A stretch of DNA of 64,000 nucleotides from assembly GCA_965113315.1 (NCBI GenBank), contig OZ220367.1; one strand, 5' to 3'. The stretch comes from Podarcis vaucheri. Taxonomy: Eukaryota. Numbering within the stretch: position 1 is the first letter of the stretch; each line of letters begins with the position of its first letter. Shown here piece by piece: positions 13,101 to 25,100 of the stretch. The notes beneath the pieces were generated by a model. The model was not told the origin of the DNA. It was given only the letters and a program-made list of their open reading frames with translations, and searched no databases. The translations under genes were made by a program, and so were the position numbers.

Positions 13101-16100
13101 TGAAATGAAGTTTCCTTGGCGATCTCCTCCAGCTATGCGTGAAATGAAAGAATATTTTAACATACAAGCATTGCAAAGTTCAAACAACAAATACAAACAC
13201 ATTATTTAAAGTTCATTGTTCTTCAAACCTTTTGGCACCAAAATCACATTTGCGTTGTCAACTAGGGTATCACTACTACCAGCTGCTGATAAATAAGTGG
13301 TTGATTTTGCCCAAATCATTTCCATGAGGATTTTAAGCATGCTGCTATTTCATCAAAATGTTTTTAAGAATGTAGTACTTACCATTGTGTGCATACACTT
13401 AAATCAATCCCTGTTAGAGCCCTGCAACAACGGATGGCAGTTTTAATCAGCACAGATGGGTCCTTCTCCGGCTCAGGTCCATCCAGTGAGGGAGACCAGT
13501 GTCCACCAATAGCCATGGCTTCATCTTTACCTTTCATACCCACTAAAAACTAGAGAAGAAAAGGCTACTTAGCACTTTCCTTCCAAGAAAAAAAAGATTA
13601 TCCAAACTGCAAAAAAAGGGTAGAATCCTATGCTGCGATGATTTCCGACTGTTCAACTGGACTCCACTTTCTTCTTCTGAATGCCCTACAGCAGGCTTCC
13701 TCAACCTTGGCCCTCCAGATGTTTTTGGCCTACAACTCCCATGATCCCTAGCTAGCAGGACCAGTGGTCAGGGATGATGGGAACTGTAGTCTCAAAACAT
13801 CTGGAGGGCTGAAGTTAAGGAAGCCTGCCCTACAGTCTCCCAAAACCCTGGAGAGTGATGAAGTCCATTCTGCATTGGATACAACCCATTAAAATTACAC
13901 ATACCTGTTTGTCAGTTTACATGCCATCACAAGCAGTTATCCCTAATCTGCAAGAATGACAGCACAATTCTATACATGACTACCATGGGCATAATCCCAG
14001 GTAAGTGAATACAGTTTTGCAGCCTAAGTCTTGCTCAAGAATGAGTTCAGTTTCTTTTTTCCACATTGCATTTCAGTAATGGAATAGGTTTAAACATCAT
14101 TACTCATTCATTCTGCAAGACTTCGGAACAGTTTGTCATCATATAAAAATGCTTTAAACAACAGATTAAAATAATATTCTATACTGTAAAATCAGGGGCT
14201 TATAGAATTGTATAAACGTTCACTGACATAACCTTGAGAGTTTAAAAGTATTTTAGCCAGAAACATAAGAAGGTATTTTCTTGGAAGTAGGTTCCAATGG
14301 AGAAAATGAGAACTTGCTTCACAGTAAATATGCATAGGATTATACTGATGGTTTCACGGTGTCTATGGGAACCCCCTCCCCACCACATTTCTCTCAAGGT
14401 GATGTTATTTGCTTTCAAGACGCACAAAACACTTTACTAGCTTGGATCTAAAGATTCTGTTGTGTGAACAAAGTCTCACGGAAGATCCAGAGCAGTTTGG
14501 GAGCAGGGGGCATTGGTGAGAACCTTCTCTCCTCCTGCTCATTTCTCCAATGCAACAGATCTAAGTCCATTTTAAAAAATGAAACTAGTCTTATAAATGG
14601 TTTGGAAGACCACATGCTTCAGCAGTGCTGAGAGCAAAAAACATGCAAACCATGTTAATAATTTGGATGGGAGACTACAGGGGGCCTCCTGTAAGAATAA
14701 TATATAAAACACATTTCAAAAGTAATTATTTGTGACCATATAGGAATTCTATGTCCCCAAGATAAAGAAAACTATGTGGAAAGCTTGTACCTGCATTAAT
14801 TTTCCAGCAAAATTTTTAAGTTTATGTTTGTTTGCTAGAAATGCATATTTTTACCTTTATGAGTCTAGCGGGATGTTGAAAACCATCCCGAAGCTCTTGT
14901 GGATCTTCAGCAAGAGCACATGATTTGTGATAGAGATCTTCCATGCTAGGACTGGCCATGAGCATCACCTGTTAATGTAATATGACAAACAAACAAAAAA
15001 GACAAGACAACGTAACGAAGCTATGATTCAAAGCTTGGTATCTTACACTTAACTGCTAAACTCAATAGGACTAGAATAATGCATAAAGTCAAAAAAAGAT
15101 ACACCTATTTTGAAGGGTTAAATATCCGAAAATATCAATGAAATCATCACTTGATTTTGAATTTCTAACAGCATCTAACATGCCCAAAGCACAAAATAAG
15201 ACTTGTCTAAATTAGCAAGTAGCCTGCAGATCCAAAGCTTCTTGAATTGCCACATACAGTTCGTTGCAATCTTGCCAAGATTTTATGCACACACAACATG
15301 AATCAAGGGCCCAACTAAAGAATCCATGGAAAGATGTCACCCACTCTGGAAAAAAATAGTTGAAACTGAATCTGGTCCAACTGAGTTTACTGTTCAGTCA
15401 AGATTTGCGACAAAGGTAACATCACTGAAAACCTATGCACAGAAGACAATGGGAATCCCTTCAAAGAAGCATTTCCAAACATTTCTATGCAAGCAGGAAT
15501 GATTTAGGTTGTTGGACATACCTTTGCACTGTAAAGATGATCGGCATCTGGTGGATCCAGTACAGAAGTGTTCTTATCCAAAGGATCTACCTCTCTGTGC
15601 ATTACATAGAAATTGCAGTAGTTTCCTAGCTGAAATGGTCTTGACATAGGAAATGCATCCACCCAAGTAAACTGAGCATCAAAGAAGTCACTTGGGATGT
15701 ACAAGTTCTGATATCGCCGTCTCAGTTCCATCATATCACAGCTAAGGCTTTAAACAGTAAGAAAATATATTTTACAACAATAAAAAGAGCTGGGGCTTAA
15801 AAGCAAATTTGTAGCAAGATGTAGAATGAGAACTGAGCTCAAACACTCTTTTAATGATTTTGCTTCTACTTTTGACATTACTGAAAAGTAGCTCCATTTT
15901 GTGTGTGGATTTTACTGCTCCTTGTAGTATTGTCTGTTTTTCATCCAAGTCCTCAATTCTAATCTGTTTATATAGAGCTGTGTGAAACAAACGAACAAGC
16001 AAACAAAACAAAGGCTGGTTTTTAAGGCTCTGGGAAACTGCCGTCACTGAGCTAGCACAGTGGGCCCAGCTCAGGAAGCTCCCAAGCCTTGGGAGCGAAG

Positions 16101-19100
16101 GAGTTGGACAATCTCCTGCACATATGACTGGCAAGAGCTCAGATATAGCCCACCTTATTACAGTCACAAGGGTTTGTGGTTGGGTGGAAGAGCAAACACT
16201 CAAGTTGTATATGGAAAGGAACTCTGCGTAAGCTTTAGTTTGTTCATGTCAGGGAACTTCCTCAGTTTGATCCTACATGCTCAGGGATTGCAGAGCTCAT
16301 AGGAACATACGACGAGGCTGCTGGATCAGGCTAGTGGCCCACCTAGTCCAGACTATCTAGGTCAACCAAATGCCTTTGGGAAACCAGGGAGCACAACATG
16401 AGCACAAGAGCACGCTCTGCTCCTGTGGTTTCCAGCAACTGCTGCTTGGAAAGCTCCTTTTTTTCTCAAGGCCAAAGAGCTTCCCCTGAACTGTGCCCAA
16501 TGGGCTGCAGCTGCAACAATGCACAGTTCTTTAGAACATCAAAAGCCAGCCTTTGGAGGCTTTCGCAGAGCTCAGAGCCGTTAGTGTCCACAACTTGGAA
16601 GAAAAATAAAGTAACTTAATTTTGGGTAATTTGGTTTTGTTTTGTTTTGGGGTAATTTGGTTTTGTTTTGTTTTTGCTTGTTGAAACGTTCTCTGAAACA
16701 GAACATGCAAATTTTGAAACAAAAGTCAAGACTCACAAAAGTTTGGTTCAGCCCTTTGTGGAAGCTAAGGTACTTTTTGTCATAGCCATTAAACTTTTAT
16801 CAAGTATCAGAAATATCCAAAAAATGTTTTAATCAGTCAAGAAACAAACAAATAAACCCAACCAACACCATTTTTTGTTTTAGGGCAAGTTGCTTTTCCA
16901 GAAGCTGTTGAACAGTTAGGCAACTGTCAGAGTAGATGGAAATCACTACAGTCCAGCCCTGATCAGGCTTTAGCCGAGGTTAGGCAGAAACTCCCTGTTT
17001 TATCATGATAAACTGAAAGTACACTCTTACGTTGTATACCCTTAATGTATCATACAATAAGGTACTATAGATTTCTCAGAATTCTATAGCCTATACCAGT
17101 CATGAAAATACTGCATTCCCTTCACATTTTCAAACCTTTGTTCTCCCCTTCAAGGGTTAGAAACATGTTCTTTCAAATTAAAGTTGAGATTCTGAAAGCA
17201 CTGAATTCTGCACCCAACTTGCAACATCTTACAGATTAGCTAATACTTTATTGCCAGGTAAACTGTTTCAGCTCTCCACTTTGCAACATATCTGGCTCCA
17301 AAATTCCTGCACAATGTCCACAGCCACCCTACACGCTTGTAAAAATGTGTAATACAAAGAGGGTCATTGTGCAGCTGAAAGTTTAAAAAGCACATCTCCT
17401 TAATTTGCACAAAATATTCTGTCTACAGTAGATGGAGGTGGATGGAGAAAGAACATTTAAGTAAAACTGAGTTACTTTTAGTAACTTTAAAGTCAACAAA
17501 AATGAAGCTATGTTTCAATCTCTTGGATTTATTTAATGCATCCTTATTTCATGGCAGTAAGATACCTTCCACAGAAAAATATGAAATCGCAATTTGACAC
17601 CAAGATAACATACCAGTCTAATGAGAACTTGGAAAACTGGACCGTGTAACGGGGTACAACACGTCGGGGTCTTCGGGGTGATCGTTCCCTCTCTCGCCGA
17701 GGTGATCTTTCTCTAGAGCGTTTTCTCTGGGGTGATCTTTCCCGTGACCTACGTCTCTCACGCTCCCTTTCACGACTTAACCATGTGTGAAATATAAATG
17801 TCTTGTTTTAGCGTCTACCATTATGAACGCAGAGCTCACATGCCTATAACTCTAGAACCAACAGCAACAAACATCAAAACATACAGAACTTCCACTCTCA
17901 AATCATCATTAACAAAACTGAACAGTACTTACATTCAAACTTCAAATACTTAAATTATTTGCTGTCTGTAATATGTACAGAAAATTGAGAGGAATTTTTG
18001 TATCACACCTTCTGTCATCTTTTCTGTTAGCCATGGGGTCTCCTCTGTCATTTCGCCCTGAAAATCTGGGTGGTGGATCTAATCTCCGTGCTGGCTGAGG
18101 CTGTGAAACTATTCGAACAGGGGGCTGCAGCAAACCAGCTAGGAGGGGGAAAAAATCCCACAAGTTCTTAAGAATTTCATATCAGTAAGCAAATTATAAC
18201 ACAAAAATGTAGCTTATTTGTTGGACTATCCGTTTTCATGCTTTTTTAATAGCATAGGATATTTGCTCATTTGTTTTGCAGAAATGAATGTGGCAGCAAC
18301 CCAACAATCAGCTAATAACAATAGGTATAAGCAACATAAGGTTTCTCATATTTAATCCAATGGGATGCATTCATTTAACTCTTCAAATTATATAGGCAAG
18401 ATGATGATTTTTTTCTTCCTCAATGCAAGCCTCATCATACTGGGATATGCAGCTAGTTTCACTTTAACAGAATTCAAGTGGAGGGACACAACTCTGAACA
18501 AAATGGTTCAAGAGAACATTATATTGACTGAATGCTTTAAACCTACATTACTCAGAAAATATTAACATGCTGGAAGATTTTGACTCAACCATTCAGTTTC
18601 CAGCAATGTGGGGTGTAAATCAGTGTCCATTTCAACAAAATACTGCTCTTGCTGTTTATTCTGAAGGCCAGTCCTCACTGTTTGTTCTGAAGGCTGTTTG
18701 TTCATCACATGCCCCCTGCTTAACACTTCTCAATATCTGATAGGGAAGCAAGTGCACGTAATCAGGCAGTGACTACATGCTGGAGAGTCACTGTTAATCA
18801 GTAAGCATCCAGAGACATGCAGCTTGCCCTCAAGCATGACCGTTGTTCACAAGAGCACACAGGATGGGGAGGAAAAGGTCACAAATAATTGCCAAGTAGT
18901 CTGAACTGGCCCTCAAATCATCAACAATCTATCATTTCTGTTGCTATAACTCCACAATGATTGCCTCATTAAGCACTGTGAGAGGGCAATGCCATAAATT
19001 ACAACACGTACAACAGATAGAGGTTACTCTCATCAACTGGGCAATCCACAGTTCTCTGCAGCAAAGGAAAAGAAGTCTATAGATTAGACTCAAGCTGTAG

Positions 19101-22100
19101 GAAGGAAGACTGAGCAACAGTACTGTACTCAAGAAAATGTCTACCAGAGCATATAACAGCATGCAATTGTGCCAGATGTCACACAACAGGATGAGCCTCA
19201 GAAATAGTGCAAGCAAATACAAAGTCCACAGAGCAGAAGGAGGCCTAAGAAAGAACATGTGGGCAAAGCAGATTTAAAACCAAACCAAACAAGGTAACTT
19301 CTCCTTAATTCAGATTGCTCAAGTAAAGTCCAAAACATCAACAGTTTCTATGTAGACACTAAACTGGTTCTCTTGAAGGTTAAGGCTCTATATGAAAGAC
19401 ACCCATCTTTTTTATTTACCTCTTCAGAAACCACAGAACTAGTCAATTTACCAGCCCTAATGCCAACCTATTTTATGCAAGAAGTAACTGCAAAGTGATT
19501 ATGAATTCTGGTGCTACAACTTTTTTTATGGAGGCCCGTGGAGGGGCTCATTTTTATTCTTTAGAAGGATGAAGCAAGGTATTCTACAGCTGATGTTAAA
19601 ATGCATATATATTATGGATACTAACAGGCAACACAAACAAAGTTTAGACCATAGTTATAAACAAAATCATAGAATATCCACAGAGAAAACCTTGATTACA
19701 AAATGTGTGGCTGGGTTCTACATTCCAATGCTATAATAAACCAGTTTAACATTATGAGAATGTGCTATGGTGAATGTCAGGTTTATGAGCTACAGTGGTA
19801 CCTCGCAAGACGAACGCCTCGCAAGACGGAAAACCCGCTAGACGAAAGGGTTTTCCGTTTTGGAGGCGCTTCGCAAGACGAATTTCCCTATGGGCTTGCT
19901 TCGCAAGACGACAGCCCATAGGGAAATATCCGGGACAGCGGGGAAGCGCAGCGCGTCTTCCCCACTGTCCTCGGACCTCCTCCAAAGCCGGGCGATGGGG
20001 CGGGAACGCCTCCTCCCGCCGCCGCCGGGCTTCGGAACGCTGCTCCGAAGCCGGGCAGGGGGGCGGGAACACCTGCCCCCGCCAACCGGCTTCGGAATGG
20101 TGCTCCGAAGCCGGGCGGGGGGGAAGGAACACCTTCTGAAGGCGGGCGGGGGGCGAAAGTCTTTGTCCCCCCTGCCTGCCTTCCCAGGGGCTTTTAAATC
20201 GCCCCGGACAGCGGAGACGTCCTCCGCTGTCCCGGGGCGATTTTAAAATGCCGCCCGCCAGCATTTTAAGATCGCCCGGACAGCGGAGAAGTCCTCCGCT
20301 GTCCCGGGATTTTTTAAAATGCTGGGGGTGGGAAGAAAAGCCCTTGTTCCGCCCCCCCCAGCCTTCAGAAGAGGTCCGGGGACAGACTGTCCCCGGACCT
20401 GGTCTGAAGGCGGTTTCCCTAGGAACGCATTAATTGATTTTCAATGCATTCCTATGGGAAACCGTGCATCGCAAGACGAAAAACTCGCAAGACGAAGAGA
20501 CTTGTGGAACGAATTAATTTCGTCTTGCGAGGCACCACTGTACATTCCCACCTTTTGCACACAAGACTTCCCATTGCAGTTTGCAACAAGGCAGTTTCCC
20601 ATTTCATCTGAATATGGGAATGTGTGGTTTATACATTTCATAACTATTTAAATGAGAATTGAACCTGGTTAAATAACTATGGTTTGTAAAAACAGTTTTC
20701 CATACTGGGATAAAACTGGAAATTGTGGTTACAAACAGCAATTGGAAGCTTTAACAACTATACCCTGCGTGTGTGGGAATATGCAAGCCTGAAGTTCCCA
20801 TAACAACATATCATGGTTTATTCTGACTTCAGAATGCAGCATCTCTCTTGCACTACAGCTACAAGGCAAACTGAAGACCATATAGCCTTGATACTATTCA
20901 GTCAGTTATAATCTTCTACATTTTTTTTTTAAGGAAACATCCAATATATGTCAAGTACTGAAGAAATACCTTTCTGCTGTGGCTGTTGTAACAAAGGCTG
21001 TGGTTGTGTCTGAAGCAAAGGTGTAATAGAAGCCGCTGATATCTGTGCCTGTAGCAGCGACTGTGGCTGTGGCTGCGGCTGCACACTGAATGCAGTCTGC
21101 TGTGCAATAGGCTGAAGTACAGGTGGAGGAGTCTTGAGTAAAGGCTGGGTTTGAGTCTGGTTCTAATGAGGAAAAAGGGAACAACTTGTGAATCAGCTTT
21201 ACACTAAAGGTGCCGACAAGAGTCAGACTGAGTGGCTGTATATACCTGATTTGGTAGAGTCTGAATTCTCTGCGCATTCCATTTGAAAGGCATATTAGGG
21301 TTATATGTTGCTTCTACCAAAACTCTGTCTCCTACTTGAGGACTCTTCCCTTTCACAGCACTGCAAAATGAAGAGTCCCATGATTAGACATCACACTACC
21401 ATAATTCTCAATAAACCTCTTTCTCTATATTATTTCTCATGCATTTTATCAGTATCACCACTTCTCCACATATGGTAGAATTAAGTTACCTGAGCTGGAA
21501 GAATACATCTTCATCCACAAAACCAAACGTGTCATGTAGCTTGGTAACTACTCCAGTAAAGACACGCTGCTTCTGTGGTTGGCTCTGCTGCTGACTTGAC
21601 CGAGGTGCTGGATAAGAAACAGTTATCTGTGCTGCTGGCTGAGGAGTAGACAGGCTAAGGCTTGTTGGCAGTGCCACAGCTGGCTGCGTGCAAATAAAAC
21701 ATGAAATTATGTAAGCATTGACAATCTTCTAAATAGTATAGCTGAAATAATGATAATAATAATTTGTATTTTTTCAATTTATTACCCATTCTTCACCATC
21801 AGGTCCCAACAATTTAAAATTCAATATTTAAAATGTTTTTAAAAATTACATCCACAGGAATAGGGTGGGGTCTGAAAACATGTCTCAGGTGTCAAAGGCC
21901 ACACACTCTGAAAAATTATTTTGAACTAAAGTTGCATTGTACAAAGTGCAAAAAACTATATCTTTTTACATTGGGGGAGGAAAAAAAACAGATAAACCTT
22001 GATTTTTCTCCTATCAAACCGCAGTTGCATAAGCTGGTTCAACCAATATATCAAAACCCCACCTGCTTATTATGGTAGCCATTTCTTCCAAACCATTTCA

Positions 22101-25100
22101 TCAAACCGTAGGCTTATTTGTATTTCTATAAAAATAACCTCAAACATGAAAACTGTAAATGCACATCAGAACACAGAAATGCCTTCAGACTAGCACCAAT
22201 CATGATCGGGAAGCAGAGATTGTTTTTCAGTTGCTATGTAATTGATGTTTTCCAAGAACATTTCCAGATTTTGAATTTTGCTTCTATTATTTAATTTGTG
22301 TTGATGATTTTTTCAGTAACCTATTCTTTCCTATGCTATATTTTGACCTCCCTAAAGTGGTTATGCACATTGAAACATATGTTTAAAATGTTTTCTGAAA
22401 GAATAGCACACAGACAAAAATATGAATATCTTACATTGCTGCAAAATGTTTCAGAATTTTCAAGTGCAATATAGGCTGCCTTACTGGGGGGGGGGGATGT
22501 ACGTACCTTTTGTCCACTACTTTTTATGAACATAAAATAATTACTTTCCTGTCCTAAGAAAAGTCTCTCTAAATATCTGTATACTACTTACAGCACAATC
22601 CTATGCAGGTTTACTTAGAAGTAAATTTCATCATATTCAATAGAGATTACTTCGCAGTAAGTGTGCACAGAATGGCAGCCTAAGTTTCTAGTCTTAATCA
22701 TCTAAAAACTTAAAAGCATCAACAGAAGTCTAAGAGAAAATATGCATTAGAAATACCCCTTCTAATGACATGAAATTAATATCTCTCTATAACAGTAGAA
22801 CTACAAGGGCACTTATATTTTGGTTTGGGAGGGGGAGGTAATCAAAGGGATAAAGAACACATTGGACTGAACTACCAGTTGTCTGTATTACATGAGACAT
22901 AATAAAGGTACCATTATGTTTAAAACTTTAAACAAAAGCAGAGCTGACAAGTGCACAGGCAAATTTATTATACAGTGATGAAAGCTTTAATAAAACTAAC
23001 CTGGGTTAGAAGAGTTTGCTGAGGTTGCTGCAACTTAAAAAATACAAGACCATGAATTACTTTTTATGCTTTGTGCAAGTCCAGCTTCCTCTTTAGCCAT
23101 ATTTAGCTTTGAGAAATAGCTGCAAATGTTTTCATGATTGCCTATACCCGAATTCTAGCATATTATTTATCTATACAATAGCTGCTCTTTATGCAGTTTT
23201 GGCCAACACTTAGCTTTCCTCTCTTGCAGAGTAGTCCAAACTCCCTTTGTGCTAGGCTCAGAGGGGATGAATTAGGTGGTGTCCCTCTGCTCAGCAATAC
23301 TGGTCTTCCACCAGCTGCCACCACCAGGAGGACAGAAGCATCACTTTGCTGCCAGAATGGGTGTATGGAAGGAACGGCGTTTCCGTGTGCTGCTCTGGTT
23401 CGCCAGAAGCAGCTTAGTCATGCTGGCTACCATGACCCGGAAGCTGTCTGCGGACTAAGGCCAGCTCCCTTGGCCCATAGAGCGAGATGAGTGCACAACC
23501 CTGGAGTCGTCCGCGACTGGACCTAGCGGTTAGGGGTACCTTTACCTTTTACTAGCATGACCCCCACCAGCAGGAGCCAGCCGAAGGTTCCAAAATGGAG
23601 TATTCTGGAGGTGGGGTGGGCTGAGCTGGCCCAGGGTATGTTGGATCCTGAGCAGGTATCATTACCATTGTGTGATGGCATCAGGCTGTGTCAAGTTCAG
23701 GCTCCTGCAGCTAGCACTCTACCCCCACAACTTTTGCCCTGGCATGGTAGGGCTGTGGATACAGCAGTGGCTCCACAACTCCATAAAACCACACAGACCA
23801 GTGGCTGGGGTTTGGGATTTTCCCTTTTATGTAATACGGGATGAATCAAGACTAAAAAAGGCAGTGGCAGGGCAAGATCACCTTGTATCAACAGCAGATG
23901 TCTATTGTCCAAAGATGAGTCCTTGAAAGCACATTTTCCAACACTACCATCCACAAATTCTAGATTATAACGTGCCTTTATTTTGTGGCCCATTCCGAAT
24001 TGCCCCAGTGGCTGAGGTTTAGGGGGAAGATGTGATACAAAGGATAAGGCAAGACCAATCCTCCCCCTTCTTAGTATCCAGGACAATATATGAGGGTTGG
24101 GGTACATCCACTTCCCTCATTGCCATACTCAGACCAACTTCTGTCTCCTCATTACTCTTCTCAAAGAACCCAGCAAATGAAGCTTTTTTTTTACAATAAA
24201 GATCAGTTTCATCACAGCAGAAAAACAGTTTCCAAGATTCCTTAGTTAAGTCACTACGGTTCTGTAGAGATTCAAATATAAGGGCACAGCAATTTGCACA
24301 CGTAGGGTTGCATATCACACTGCATTTGCAGAGATCTGCTCACAGTGACACTTTCCCTTCTTCTTCGTCTCCCCACATGTCCTCAGAATCTGCTCTGAAT
24401 TGTCTTTCAACCCTCTGGAGCAGATTCTGAGGTTGTGGGCTGGGGAGGCTGAAAGAGATAAGAGGGGAAAGTTCCATTGAACAAGCAGAAGTCTGCTGTG
24501 CTAGCAGAACAGCAGTGTTGGATACAACCCACTATGAGAAGGTAGCTATTTGGGTGGGGAAAATACGCTGGAGAGTGTGAATGTGTGTTTTAAAAAATGT
24601 ACATGGTCTTACAATTTGTTAGCATATATTGAAATTGCTCAATCTGATGTGACACTGGGGGGAGAAATATAAGACTTCATTGTTGAATCCCCCACCACGT
24701 TATGAGTGTTGGAGGATATGTTAAAGTGAGGCTACGTTAAGTAGGGAGGTATATTGGTGGACAAATGGTTTTACATGTCATTTAATGTGAACATTTCAAT
24801 CATTTCTGTATTTAACGACATAAAACTAAAATACATTTTTGGGCTAACATCCAGAACTGGAAGACTACGGACCAATTCAGACAGAGCAAGTAAGAGACTG
24901 ACAATATGCACACAAAGAGGTGAACAAACCTGCTGTTGTACACTATAGAGGGTCTGCTGTGGTTGTGAATATTGCTGAAAAACAGAATCAGAATTGATAA
25001 CTAGACAGTACTCCAAAAAGATCTATCTGTATACTACAAACTCAGAGAAATGTAAATATGGCAAAACCAAACTGTAGAAATGAAGTTTAAGACAAAAAAG

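Noticed and set aside
19803-20494. Repeated TCGCAAGACG as a CRISPR-like array
   Set aside because: Eukaryotic context, 10-bp unit, irregular spacing, inside a TIR element.
19703-20651. Overlapping ORFs up to 170 aa on both strands
   Set aside because: Stop-poor GC-rich MITE interior; no transposase or other domain motifs.
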